Positions 21,222 through 36,960 of a stretch of DNA of 64,000 nucleotides are shown here, one piece after another. Each line of letters starts with the position of its first letter. Position 1 is the first letter of the stretch. The position numbers were made by a program, and so were the translations under genes. The notes below the pieces were generated by a model. It had not been told where the DNA came from and ran no database searches. It saw only the letters and a list, made by a program, of their open reading frames with translations. The stretch lies in assembly GCA_963727505.1 (NCBI GenBank), contig CAVSGP010000009.1, positions 320,001 to 384,000 of the forward strand, given 5' to 3'. This stretch comes from an uncultured Trueperaceae bacterium. Its GTDB lineage: Bacteria > Deinococcota > Deinococci > Deinococcales > Trueperaceae.

Positions 21222-22018
21222 CGCCGACCGCTAGCGAGGTCGCGGCGTCCGAGACGCAGGCGGATCCCGTCCTCGATCTCCACGACGTCAACGTCTACTA
21301 CGACACCACCCGGGCGGTGAAGGGCGTGTCCATGGCGGTGCGCCCGAACACCGTGACGGCGCTCATCGGTGCGTCGGGCTGTGGGAAGACGACGCTGCTG
21401 CGCTCGCTCAACCGCATGCACGACCTCACCAAGGGCGCTCGGGTGGAGGGTCGGGTGTTGTTCGAGGGGCAGGACATCTACGACCGCTCGGTCGATCCCG
21501 TCGCCGTCCGCCGAGTCATCGGGATGGTCTTCCAGAAGCCCAACCCGTTCCCGACCATGACGGTCTACGACAACGTGGTGGCGGGGCTCAAGCTCGCGGG
21601 GCGGTATCGCCGAAGTGAGCTCGATGAGGTCGTGGAGCGCTCGCTCAGGCAGGCCGCGCTGTTCGACGAGGTGAAGGACCGGCTCCACGCGCCGGCCACC
21701 GGCCTTTCGGGCGGCCAGCAGCAGCGCCTGTGCATCGCGCGTTCGCTGGCGGTCGACCCGGCGGTGCTCCTCATGGACGAACCCACCAGCGCGCTCGATC
21801 CGCAGGCCACGGCGCGCATCGAAGAGCTGCTGGCGCAGCTCAAGCAGGCGGTCACGATCGTGATCGTGACCCACAACATGCAGCAGGCCGGCCGGGTCTC
21901 GGACTGGACCGCCTTCATGCACCTCGGGGAGCTCATCGAGCAGGGGCCGACCGACCAGATCTTCACGCGCCCGCAGCAGGACCTGACGGAGCGCTACATC
22001 TCCGGCCACTTCGGCTGA
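21218..22018 (+). CDS. pstB: Phosphate ABC ATPase
   Basis: [46 protein letters not shown]. Confidence 0.97.
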   Translation: MTPTASEVAASETQADPVLDLHDVNVYYDTTRAVKGVSMAVRPNTVTALIGASGCGKTTLLRSLNRMHDLTKGARVEGRVLFEGQDIYDRSVDPVAVRRVIGMVFQKPNPFPTMTVYDNVVAGLKLAGRYRRSELDEVVERSLRQAALFDEVKDRLHAPATGLSGGQQQRLCIARSLAVDPAVLLMDEPTSALDPQATARIEELLAQLKQAVTIVIVTHNMQQAGRVSDWTAFMHLGELIEQGPTDQIFTRPQQDLTERYISGHFG

Positions 22019-22125
22019 CATCGCTCCGCACCCGGCCTCCGAGCGCGGCCCGAACCAAGGCGGCCGGGGCGCCCCTGCTGGAACGCCCCGGCCGCCCGTG
22101 GCTGCCGTCGTCGGCCTGTGCGCCC

Positions 22126-23147
22126 TCAGACCATGAGGCCCGTCGGGTCCAGACGGAACGACTGAAGGGTGCGCATGTAGTTGGCGCGCTCGAAGGCGGC
22201 GGGGTCGGACACGTGCTGCTGGCTCATGCTCCCCCGCATCTGCGCGACCGAGGCGTACTCCCGCTCCGTCATCCACGCCTTCATGTCCTCGAGGATGTCG
22301 GTGATGCGCCAGATCCCGCTCTTCAGCAGCTCGGAGGCCAGCATGGTCACGCTGGCGCCGGCCATCACGCCCTTGAGGACGTCGAGGTGCGTGTGCACGC
22401 CGCTGGTGAGCGCGAAGTCGGTCTGCACGCGGCCGTAGAGGATGGCGATCCAGCGGAGCGGCAGGCGCAGCTCGTCGGAGTCGGACAGCACCAGGTGCGG
22501 TCCCACCTCGAGGTTCTCCAGGTCGAAGTCGGGCTGGTAGAAGCGGTTGAACAGCACCAGCCCGTCGGCGCCGGAGCGCGCCAGGCGCTGCGCCATGTGG
22601 GCCATGCTGCTGAAGTAGGGACTCAGCTTCACGGCCAGCGGGATCGTGACCATCTCGCGCACGTCGCGTAGCACGTCGAGGTAGAGGCGTTCGACGTCGT
22701 CGCCGGTCATCGTAGGGTCGGTGGCGACGTGGTAGATGTTCAGCTCCAGCGCGTCCGCTCCGGCGTCCTGGATGAGCTTGGCGTAGTGCGTCCAGCCGCC
22801 TGGCGAGGCCCCGTTGAGGCTTCCGATGATGGGGATGTCCACCGACGCCTTGGCGTCGCGGATGAGCTCGAGGTAGCCGTCGGGCCCGACGTTGTAGGAC
22901 TCGGGCTCGGGGAAGTAGCTGAGGGCCTCGGCGTAGGACTCCGATCCGTACGTCATGTAGTGGTCGAGGGAGAGGCTATCCTGCGTGATCTGTTCCTCGA
23001 ACAGCGAGTACATCACCACCGCGCTGGCGCCGGCGTCCTCCATACGGCGGATGCCGTCGAGCGTCTGCGACAGAGGGGAGGCCGACGGCACCACGGGGTG
23101 CGCGAGGTCCAGGCCCAGGTAACGGGTGCTCAGGTCGATGGCGCCGT

Positions 23148-23151
<4 letters not shown>
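22126..23151 (-). CDS. Dihydroorotate dehydrogenase-like FMN protein (nifJ-associated family)
   Basis: [34 protein letters not shown]; the catalytic ELNxSCP motif reads ELNIYH; starts at MNGAIDL overlapping the nifJ stop. Confidence 0.9.
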
Positions 23152-26846
<3,695 letters not shown>

Positions 26847-27075
26847 CGTTCCTCCTTCGTCGCAGCGAACCGCACGGACGTGTCGACACGGGCTTCTCCC
26901 GCGTCGACCAAGCGCACGATTCCACGCTAGCCCCGGGCTCTGGCGGCGTTGTCCGAGATTTTCCGACAAGGAGGTGGGCGTTGGGCCGACGACGAGACTG
27001 CCCCGGCATGACGTGCCTGACGCAAGTCGACGGACAGCAGCGAAGGTGGCCGGTGAAGCGCGCTGGGCGCGGGGT

Positions 27076-27654
27076 TCAGCGTTCGGTCGGAAGCCGATCG
27101 GCGGCGAGATCGACGCCGTTGAGGTGATTCATGGCGGCTTCGTGGCCGCGCTCGAGCAGGATCTCGATGGTATCCGCCGCTGCGCTCACCGCGGCGTCGA
27201 GCACGCTGCGCTCGTCCTCTGCGAAGCGGCTGAGGACCCAGCGCTCGGCCGTCCAGCCCTCGGGCGGTCGGGAGATGCCGACCTTCAGGCGGGTGAAGTC
27301 CGGCCCGAGCCGTTCGATGATGTCGCGTACGCCGCGTTGCCCTCCGGCGCCGCCGCCTCTGCGAAGCCGCAGGCGGCCCAACGGCAGGTCGAGGTCGTCG
27401 TGGACGACGAGCAGTTCGGCGGGGGGGAGGCCCGCTCGGGTGAGCGCCGCCTGGACGGCACGCCCCGAGAGGTTCATGAAGGTGCGGGGCTTGAGCATCA
27501 GCACATCGCGCACGCGCGCCTCGTCGGCGTCGCGGGCGCGGCGGAAGCTCGCTCCCCAGCGACGTGCCAGCTCATCCGTCACGAGGTACCCGGCGTTATG
27601 CCGGGTACCTCGGTAGCGTGGCCCGGGATTGCCGAGGCCCGCCAGGATCCGCAC
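27076..27654 (-). CDS. pth: Peptidyl-tRNA hydrolase
   Basis: GLGNPG, TRHNAG, KPRTFMNLSG, HDDLD. Confidence 0.97.
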   Translation of the reverse strand: MRILAGLGNPGPRYRGTRHNAGYLVTDELARRWGASFRRARDADEARVRDVLMLKPRTFMNLSGRAVQAALTRAGLPPAELLVVHDDLDLPLGRLRLRRGGGAGGQRGVRDIIERLGPDFTRLKVGISRPPEGWTAERWVLSRFAEDERSVLDAAVSAAADTIEILLERGHEAAMNHLNGVDLAADRLPTER

Positions 27655-27655
27655 G

Positions 27656-28300
27656 TTACTCTCTTTCGTCTTCTTCGGTTTCCTCTTCCTCGTCCTCGCC
27701 GCCGCGGCTGATCAGCTCGGGCTCCGCGGCCTCCTCATCGACTTCCTCTTCCTCTTCTTCGGCGAGGCGCGGCGGCACCAGCGTCAGGATGGTGCGATCG
27801 AGATCGTCGAGGATCTGGGCTTCGCTGGGTAGCAGCGCCGCGACGTCGGCGATGTGGATGCTGTCGCCGATCTCCAGCTCGCTGATGTCGACCAGCACGT
27901 GGTTGGGGATGAGGCGCGGCATCACCTCGATGTAGATCTCGCGGCGGTGGACGTCGAGCATCCCACCCTCGCGCATCCCCTTGGCGGTGCCCGTGATCTC
28001 GAGTGGCACGTGCACGTCCACGACCTGGCCCTCGGTGACGGCGTAGAAGTCGACGTGCATCGGCACGCGCCTACGCTTGTCCATCTGCACCTGCTTGACG
28101 AGCACGGCGTGCACGGTGCCGTCGACCTCGAGGTCGACGATGCTCGAGGTGCCCTGCGAGCGGAACACCTTGTCGAAGTCCTTGCTGCTGACGCTGACCG
28201 TCTCGTTCAGGCCGCTGTTGTACATCACGGCCGGCAGGCGGCCCTCGCGACGCAGGGCAGCAACGTGGCCGGCGCTTCGCTTCTGTGCTTCCAGCTTCAT
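27656..28300 (-). CDS. rplY: 50S ribosomal protein L25/Ctc
   Basis: LRREGRLPAVMY, HVDF, GG, acidic tail; GGAGG before ATG 28300. Confidence 0.96.
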   Translation of the reverse strand: MKLEAQKRSAGHVAALRREGRLPAVMYNSGLNETVSVSSKDFDKVFRSQGTSSIVDLEVDGTVHAVLVKQVQMDKRRRVPMHVDFYAVTEGQVVDVHVPLEITGTAKGMREGGMLDVHRREIYIEVMPRLIPNHVLVDISELEIGDSIHIADVAALLPSEAQILDDLDRTILTLVPPRLAEEEEEEVDEEAAEPELISRGGEDEEEETEEDERE

Positions 28301-28553
28301 GCTTCCTCCAACGAGCTCAGGCCGCGCGGGCCCGGCGTTCTCCCGGATCGGGGCAATTCGAGCGTGCCGGCGTCCTAGGCGGGGCCGTGCCGACCGGCGC
28401 GGTATCGCCCGCGCGTCCGATCGGCTGCGGGGGCGGCGCCCCGTCACCCAGACGCGGTCCCGGCAACGGGGCCCCGTCGCGCTCGGGCCGACGGGACTCG
28501 ACAGCATCCGAGCATACTCGGTCGCGGCCAAAATTGTAAAGCCGAACCGACCC

Positions 28554-29498
28554 TCAAGTGGTGAACAACGAGCTGACCGAGTTGTGGTCGTGGACGTTGC
28601 GGATGGCCTTGGCCAGGAGTGGCGCGACGCTCAGCACCTCCACCGACTTGTGCCCGCCCTGGAAAGGAACGGTGTCGGTCACGTAGACCCGGTTGATGCC
28701 GCTGTGCGACAACCGTTCGAGCGCCGGAGGCGTGAACACCGCGTGCGTCGCTGCCACGCGTACGTCGGGAATGGCGCCGAGCTTCAACAGCGCGTCGATG
28801 CCGCGGCGCATGGTTCCGGCCGTCGAGATCATGTCGTCGATCATGATCGGGCGCAGCCCTTCGACCTCCCCGATGACGTGGGTGACCTCGGTCTCGGTCG
28901 GACTGGTGCGGCGCTTGTAGAGCATGGCCAGGGGAAGATTCAGGCGGTTCGCGAGCCTCCGCGCTTCGGTCGCGCGGCCGACGTCGGGCGACACCACCAC
29001 CGAATCGCTGAGATCGGTGGTCTTGAGGTGGTCGCCGAGGATCGACAGCGCCGTGAGGTGGTCGACAGGAACGTCGAAGAAGCCCTGGATCTGCCCGGCA
29101 TGCAGGTCGACGGTGATGACGCGGTCGACGCCCGCCGTCTCCAGCAGGTTGGCGACCAGCTTGGCGGTGATCGGCTCGCGCGCCTGCACCTTCTTGTCCT
29201 GACGGGCGTAGCCGAAGTAGGGGATGACGGCGTTGATGCGCCAGGCCGACGCGCGCCGCAGGGCGTCGACGAGCACCAGCAGCTCCATGAGGTTGTGGTT
29301 CACCGGCGCGCAGGTCGACTGGATGATGTAGCTGTCGCTGCCGCGGACGGACTCGTCGATGCGGATGCGGGTCTCGCCGTCCGGGAACTGCGACACCGTC
29401 CCGTGGGACAGCTCCTTGTCGAGGTGCTTCGCGACCGCGCGCGCCAACTCCGGCGTAGCGGTCCCGCAGAAGAGCTTGACGTCCTCGCCGACTCTCAT
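28554..29498 (-). CDS. prs: Ribose-phosphate pyrophosphokinase
   Basis: FPDGE, PYFGYARQD, DLHAGQIQGFF, DDMISTAGT. Confidence 0.98.
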   Translation of the reverse strand: MRVGEDVKLFCGTATPELARAVAKHLDKELSHGTVSQFPDGETRIRIDESVRGSDSYIIQSTCAPVNHNLMELLVLVDALRRASAWRINAVIPYFGYARQDKKVQAREPITAKLVANLLETAGVDRVITVDLHAGQIQGFFDVPVDHLTALSILGDHLKTTDLSDSVVVSPDVGRATEARRLANRLNLPLAMLYKRRTSPTETEVTHVIGEVEGLRPIMIDDMISTAGTMRRGIDALLKLGAIPDVRVAATHAVFTPPALERLSHSGINRVYVTDTVPFQGGHKSVEVLSVAPLLAKAIRNVHDHNSVSSLFTT

Positions 29499-29680
29499 CG
29501 GTGGGCGACGTCCAGGAGCGACCAGGCGCCGGTCAGGGCGACCACGGGGAACGGTCGGAGCGAGCTAGCGGACAAGGGACACCTCGCAGCAAGGTAACGC
29601 GGCCTCGCGGCCTGGGGGATGCGGCCAGGCAGAGTATACCCGCCCCCGGCTCGCAGGGCAAAAGCCCCTGCCTGCGCGTC

Positions 29681-31347
<1,667 letters not shown>

Positions 31348-31351
<4 letters not shown>

Positions 31352-32388
31352 GCTTCACCGTCCTCGCCCGAGGTGCCGACGCCGGGAGCACGGCCACCCC
31401 GCTGCAGCTCGCTCATGACGCGTTCTCGGATGGCTTGCAAGACGTCCGGGTTCTGGCTCAGGAACTCCACCGTCTTCTCCTTACCCTGCCCCAACCGCGT
31501 CTCCCCGAACGAGTACCACGACCCCGACTTCTGCACCACCTCCACATCACTCGCCACATTCACCAGATCCCCCACCGCATCGATCCCCCGACCGAACATG
31601 ATCTCCACCTCCGCCTCCCGGAACGGCGGCGCCACCTTGTTCTTCGTCACCTTCACCCGCACGCGGTTCCCCACCTTCTCCGCGCCCACCTTCACATCCC
31701 CCTTACGCCGCACCTCCATACGCACACTCGAATAGAACTTCAACGCCCGCCCCCCCGGCGTCACCTCCGGATTGCCGTACAACACCCCGATCTTCTCCCG
31801 CACCTGATTGATGAAGATCGCCGTCGCCTTACTCTTCGACAACACCGCCGTCAACTTCCGCAACGCCTGCGACATCAACCGCGCCTGCAACCCCACATGC
31901 GCGTCCCCCATCTCCCCCTCCAACTCGGCGCGCGGCGTCAACGCCGCCACACTATCGATCACCACCACATCCACCGCGCCCGAACGCACCAACAACTCCG
32001 TGATCTCCAGCGCCTGCTCCCCCGAATCCGGCTGACTCACCAACAACTGCTCGATATCCACCCCCAACGCCCGCGCATACGACGGATCCAACGCATGCTC
32101 CGCATCCACGAACGCCGCCACACCCCCCACCGCCTGCGCCTGCGCCACCACATGCAACGCCAACGTCGTCTTCCCCCCCGCCTCCGGACCATAGATCTCC
32201 ACCACCCGACCCCGAGGCACACCCCCCACCCCCAACGCCACATCCACCGACAACGACCCCGTCGAAATCACACCCGCCGCCAACGACCGCACCTGCTCCT
32301 CACCCAACCGCATCACCGCGCCCTTCCCAAACTGGCGCTCGATCTGCGAAATGGCGGTGTCCAGGGCTTTCTTACGCTGCTCGTCCAT
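31348..32388 (-). CDS. recA: Recombinase RecA
   Basis: [48 protein letters not shown] before ATG 32388. Confidence 0.99.
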
Positions 32389-32444
32389 CACAGCTCGCTC
32401 CACCTCTCCAGATGGCGTGCGGGCGCGCCTGGGCGCGCCCGCCG

Positions 32445-33716
32445 CTACCTCAGGGCGGACCGGAGAAGGAAGAGGCTGGTGAAGGCGAGCCGCTCGCGGA
32501 GCCATGCCCGCCCGAGAGGCGGGAAGGTCAACGTCTTGACGGTCGTGCCGCTTGGTCCGGCGATGGCGATCACCACGCGCGTTGCCGCGCTTTCGTTCCC
32601 ATCCGGTCGCAATGCGCTGTCGGTCCCGTCCTGCAGGTGCAAGGCGGGACCGACAGCGATTCCATAGTCGACATCAAACAGCGCACGGACGCTTGCCGCC
32701 AACGCCGCAACCACTTCCGCGGCCGCGGCGGGAAGCCTTGCCAACAGGTCACTGGCTACTCCGAACGTTGCCATGCTATCCGCGTTCCATGCTATCACGG
32801 CGCCTGCGAGCGCCTCCTCGACGCCCGAGACGCCGCTCAACACGTCGGAGAGGGCGCCTCCGCTGGCGCACTCGGCCACGGCCAAGCGGGCGCCCGAGCC
32901 CCGCAGGCGTTCGATCACGAGGTCGGGGAGCTCGTCGTCGTCGAAGCCCCACACGCTGTCAGCGACGCGGTCGAGGACCGCCTGCTCAGCGGCCGACGCC
33001 TGACGGCGGGCATCTTCGTCGTCGGTGCCCTTCGCTGCCACACGGATGTGGACGCCGTCGCGCTTGGCGTACGTGGCCACGCTGGGGTTGGCGCCGAGGG
33101 TGAGCTCGCCCAGGGCCTCGGCCACGTCGGACTCGCCCGTTCCGTGAGTCTTGATGGTGCGGCGGTACAGGGCGCTGTCCGCGAAGTTCAAGCGCGGCAC
33201 GGCTTGGGTCTCCCACATGCGGCGCATCTCGCGAGGCGGGCCGGGGAGCGTCACCACGGTGCGTTCGTTGTCGTTGCGTCGCAACCTCACCAGCCAGCCG
33301 GGCGCCGTGCCGATGGGATTGGCGAGCGCCTGTGCCGACGGGATGAGCATGGCCTGGCGCAGGTTTCGCTCCGGCATGGGACGCCGCCGGGCGGCGAAGC
33401 GCTGGCGCAGCCAGCGCTCGAGCTCCGGATCGAGTGTCATCGGCTCCCCGACGGCCAGGGCGATCGCGTCGCGCGTGAGGTCGTCGTCGGTGGGTCCCAG
33501 GCCGCCCGTCAGAACGACCAGGTCGCTGCGCTCCAGCGCACGGTCGAGGGCGGCGCGAAGGCGCTCCAGATTGTCGCCCAGGCGTTGCGTCCAGTAGACG
33601 TCGACTCCGTGCAGTGCGAGACTCCTCGCGAGCTCGGCACTGTTGGTGTCGTCGATCTCGCCAAGCAGCAGTTCGGTGCCCACGGCGAGCACTTCGGCGG
33701 TGCGGAGGACGGACAT
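32445..33716 (-). CDS. cinA: CinA (MoCF-like ADP-ribose pyrophosphatase domain plus a degenerate PncC-like domain)
   Basis: [39 protein letters not shown]; leaderless start after TG-n-TATCGT. Confidence 0.93.
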   Translation of the reverse strand: MSVLRTAEVLAVGTELLLGEIDDTNSAELARSLALHGVDVYWTQRLGDNLERLRAALDRALERSDLVVLTGGLGPTDDDLTRDAIALAVGEPMTLDPELERWLRQRFAARRRPMPERNLRQAMLIPSAQALANPIGTAPGWLVRLRRNDNERTVVTLPGPPREMRRMWETQAVPRLNFADSALYRRTIKTHGTGESDVAEALGELTLGANPSVATYAKRDGVHIRVAAKGTDDEDARRQASAAEQAVLDRVADSVWGFDDDELPDLVIERLRGSGARLAVAECASGGALSDVLSGVSGVEEALAGAVIAWNADSMATFGVASDLLARLPAAAAEVVAALAASVRALFDVDYGIAVGPALHLQDGTDSALRPDGNESAATRVVIAIAGPSGTTVKTLTFPPLGRAWLRERLAFTSLFLLRSALR

Positions 33717-33747
33717 GGCGGACGATACCAGGGGTCCGCGGAAAGTA

Positions 33748-33776
33748 AGACTGCTGTCAGCATTCTGTTGTAGAAT
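33748..33776. promoter_or_regulatory. Two overlapping palindromes between the divergent cinA and candidate-sRNA promoters
   Basis: AGACTGCTG-T-CAGCATTCT (33748-66, one mismatch) and ATTCT-GTTGT-AGAAT (33762-76, contains TAGAAT). Confidence 0.5.
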
Positions 33777-33782
33777 TTCCTT

Positions 33783-33878
33783 GGTTCCGCTCCCCCAGCG
33801 GGGCCAGTAGAGGGATTCGTCCCTCCACCATCTCCTCTCTTTGACCCTGCGCCCCCCACGCAGGGTCATCCCTTTTCT
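33783..33878 (+). ncRNA. Candidate ~95-nt small RNA with three hairpins
   Basis: Starts 6-7 nt after TAGAAT; hairpin loops CCCCC, TTCG and CCCCCCA; CU-rich linker; ends in CCCTTTTCT. Confidence 0.5.
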
Positions 33879-34095
33879 CGGACGACATCGTATCGGAGGG
33901 CCCAGGCTGCGTCGGGGCTGCAACGGGCCGCGTCCGGTGCGGTGCAGCGCTTCGTGAGGGTGCTTCCGGGCGCACGTAGGCCGTTGCCCGGACCGTCTGG
34001 GCGACCGCTGCCGGGCACACACAGCGATCGGGAGGGCCGGTGCTAGCATGACCCATGAACGCGCTGGGAAGCTCGATGCAGAGCCGGAGGAACGG

Positions 34096-35541
34096 ATGAG
34101 GCCCACCACCCTCGGGGAGCTTCGCGCCACCGCGTGGTCCGCTACGGCGGGCCGCAGCGTCAAGGCGGAGCTTCGTGACAACCTGATGCGGAAGCTGCGC
34201 GATCGCGAGGCGATCTTCCCGGGCATCCGCGGGTACGACGACTCGGTCATCCCGCAGATCGTCAACGCCATCCTCAGCCGTCACAACTTCATCTTGCTCG
34301 GTCTGCGGGGGCAGGCCAAGACGCGCATCCTGCGCCAACTGACGGACCTCCTGGACGACGAGATCCCCGTGATCGAGGATTCTGAGCTGCACGACGATCC
34401 CTTCGCGCCGGTCAGCGTGGAGGGCCGTGAGATCGTCGAGCGTTGCGGCGACGCCACCCCGATCGCATGGTTGCCGCGCGAGACCCGCTACGTCGAGAAG
34501 CTCGCCACGCCTGACGTCACCGTGGCCGACATCGTCGGCGACATCGACCCCATCAAGGCCGCGAAGCTGGGCACGCGGCTCGGCGACGAGAGAAGCGTGC
34601 ATTACGGCTTGCTGCCCCGCGCCAACCGCGGCGTGTTCGCGATGAACGAGTTGCCCGACCTTTCGGGCAAGGTTCAGGTTGCGCTGTTCAACGTCATGCA
34701 GGAGGGGGACGTGCAGATCAAGGGGCACCCGATCCGCCTTCCGCTCGACATCATGCTGGTGTTCAGCGCCAACCCCGAGGACTACACGGCACGTGGCAAG
34801 ATCATCACGCCCCTCAAGGACCGCATCGGTTCCGAGATCCGCACCCACTACCCGCACACGGTCGAGGAGGGCATGGCGATCACCCGTCAGGAGGCGTGGG
34901 TGGAGCGGGGAAGCGAGCTCTGCCTGCCCGGCTTCGTGTCGGAGATGATCGAGGAAGTCGCGTTCCAGGCGCGTGACGACTCCCGCGTCGACAAGCATTC
35001 GGGCGTGTCACAGCGCCTGCCGATCAGCCTCATGGAGGCGGTGGTGAGCAACGCCGAGCGCCGTGCGCTGGAGCTCGGTGAGAGCTCCGCCTACGTGCGC
35101 GCGTCCGACCTGTATGCGGGTCTCTCGGCTGTCACGGGCAAGCTCGAGCTCGAATACGAGGGCGAGCTCAAGGGGGGCGAAGCGGTGGCGCGTGACATCG
35201 TGCGCCGCGCCGTCGGGCAGGTCTTCGCTCGGCGCGCCGGTCACCTCGAGACGAGCGAAGTGGTCGAATACTTCGACACCGACAACACCCTGCGGCTGCC
35301 GGACAACGTCGGCACGGCCGATCTGGTGCAGGTGTTCGAGGCCGTCCCCGGTCTGCTCGACGCGGCACGTGAGCTCACCGAGGGGACGTCCGCGGCGGAG
35401 CTCGCGGTCGCGGCCGAGTTCGTGTTGGAGGGGCTGTACGCGCGCAAGCTGGTCGCCCGGAGCGAGGAGCGTGGGTTCACCGGCGTGCAACCCGATTCCG
35501 CGGAGGTGGCTCAGGGCGGCCCCCGCAGGCGGTGGAACTGA
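34096..35541 (+). CDS. AAA+ ATPase (Mg-chelatase ChlI/MoxR-like)
   Basis: [44 protein letters not shown] before ATG 34096. Confidence 0.92.
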   Translation: MRPTTLGELRATAWSATAGRSVKAELRDNLMRKLRDREAIFPGIRGYDDSVIPQIVNAILSRHNFILLGLRGQAKTRILRQLTDLLDDEIPVIEDSELHDDPFAPVSVEGREIVERCGDATPIAWLPRETRYVEKLATPDVTVADIVGDIDPIKAAKLGTRLGDERSVHYGLLPRANRGVFAMNELPDLSGKVQVALFNVMQEGDVQIKGHPIRLPLDIMLVFSANPEDYTARGKIITPLKDRIGSEIRTHYPHTVEEGMAITRQEAWVERGSELCLPGFVSEMIEEVAFQARDDSRVDKHSGVSQRLPISLMEAVVSNAERRALELGESSAYVRASDLYAGLSAVTGKLELEYEGELKGGEAVARDIVRRAVGQVFARRAGHLETSEVVEYFDTDNTLRLPDNVGTADLVQVFEAVPGLLDAARELTEGTSAAELAVAAEFVLEGLYARKLVARSEERGFTGVQPDSAEVAQGGPRRRWN

Positions 35542-35590
35542 GGGTCCGTTCCCTCCCGGTGGGAGCACGAACGACGGAGGAGGCGCCCAC

Positions 35591-36835
35591 GTGGCGACGA
35601 CGCGCTATTCGAAGTACGAGCCGACGCTCGACGATCTCGACATGGCGGACCTGATGAAGATGATGCAGGACCGATTGCTCGAGTCGGGCTTCGGCCGCAA
35701 TCCCTGGGATCCCGATCCTGACTACCAGCAGACCATGCAGGACCTCTACGACGCCATCGCCGAGGCGCTGATCAACAACGACCTGGTGTCCGAGGAGACC
35801 CTCGAAAAGGCCATGAACGCCGATGACTGGATGGAGTCCCAGCTCGGTGAGATGGTCAAGGAGCTGGCGCAGCGGTTGGAGCGGGAGGGGTACCTGAAGC
35901 CCGCCGATGGCGGCGATGGCGAGTCCCCGGAAGGCGGGCCGGGGTCGGGCCCCGGCAACGACCCGGGGTCGGCCCGTTTCGAGCTGACCAACAAGGCCGT
36001 CGACTTCCTCGGTTACCGCACCCTCCGCGACGTCCTGGGTGGCGCCGGCCAGTCGAGCGTGGGGGCGCACGAAACGCACTTCCAGACGACCGGCGTAGAG
36101 ACGAGCGGCGAGTCGAAGCCCTACGAGTACGGCGACACCCTCAACCTCGACGTGGCGGAGACGTTCAAGAACGCGGCGCGGCGCGGCTTCGAGGGCGGCC
36201 GGTTCGATCTCGAGTACGAGGATCTGCAGGTGGTCCAGGCCGAGTACTCGTCTTCGGCCGCGACGGTGGTGATGCTCGACTGCTCGCACTCCATGATCCT
36301 CTACGGCGAGGATCGCTTCACCCCCGCGAAGCAGGTGGCGCTGGCGCTCGCCCACCTGATCCGCACGCAGTATCGGGGCGACACCATCCGCTTCGTGCTG
36401 TTCCACAACTCCGCGGAAGAGATCCCGTTGGGGAAGCTCGCCTCCGCGCAAGTGGGCCCCTACCACACGAACACGGCCGAGGGCCTGCGCCTGGCCCGAA
36501 AGATCCTGCGGCACCAGAACAAGGACATGAAGCAGATCGTGATGATCACCGACGGCAAGCCGTCGGCCATCACGCTGCCCGGCGGCCGCGTGTACAAGAA
36601 CGCCTACGGACTGGACCCGATGGTGCTGGGTGAGACGCTGCGCGAAGTCGGCAACTGCCGTCGTCAGGGCATCCAGGTCAACACCTTCATGCTGGCGCGC
36701 GATCCCGAGCTGATCGCGTTCGTGCAGCGGGTATCGGCGATGACCCGCGGCAAGGCCTACTTCACGACGCCTCACACCATCGGCCGCTACGTCTTGCAGG
36801 ACTTCCAGAAGCGTCGCATCAAGACCGTCAACTGA
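35591..36835 (+). CDS. vWA-domain protein, partner of the AAA+ ATPase
   Basis: MIDAS DCSHSM, TN, ITDGKPS; GGAGGAGG before GTG 35591. Confidence 0.9.
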   Translation: MATTRYSKYEPTLDDLDMADLMKMMQDRLLESGFGRNPWDPDPDYQQTMQDLYDAIAEALINNDLVSEETLEKAMNADDWMESQLGEMVKELAQRLEREGYLKPADGGDGESPEGGPGSGPGNDPGSARFELTNKAVDFLGYRTLRDVLGGAGQSSVGAHETHFQTTGVETSGESKPYEYGDTLNLDVAETFKNAARRGFEGGRFDLEYEDLQVVQAEYSSSAATVVMLDCSHSMILYGEDRFTPAKQVALALAHLIRTQYRGDTIRFVLFHNSAEEIPLGKLASAQVGPYHTNTAEGLRLARKILRHQNKDMKQIVMITDGKPSAITLPGGRVYKNAYGLDPMVLGETLREVGNCRRQGIQVNTFMLARDPELIAFVQRVSAMTRGKAYFTTPHTIGRYVLQDFQKRRIKTVN

Positions 36836-36960
36836 GCGTCCTCCCATCCGCAAGTCATGCCGGTGGGCCATGATGGCGGCACCGGCGACCCGACAGGTGC
36901 GCCGCGCGGGTCTCCGACGCGGCGCCTCGTCCGCTTCGGGCCGCCGCCAGGAGGTTGATG

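Noticed and set aside
31435..32667. 410-aa His/Pro/Arg-rich + strand ORF
   Set aside because: It is the antisense shadow of recA; the His/Pro richness follows from the GTG/GGG codon skew.
33783..33830. tRNA-like appearance (TTCG loop followed by CCACCA)
   Set aside because: Too short, with no cloverleaf, anticodon arm or acceptor-stem pairing; treated as an sRNA candidate instead.
33757..33831. 24-codon minus-strand uORF (MVEGRIP...) upstream of cinA
   Set aside because: The SD-like AGGAG abuts the ATG with no spacing, and cinA appears to have its own leaderless promoter downstream.
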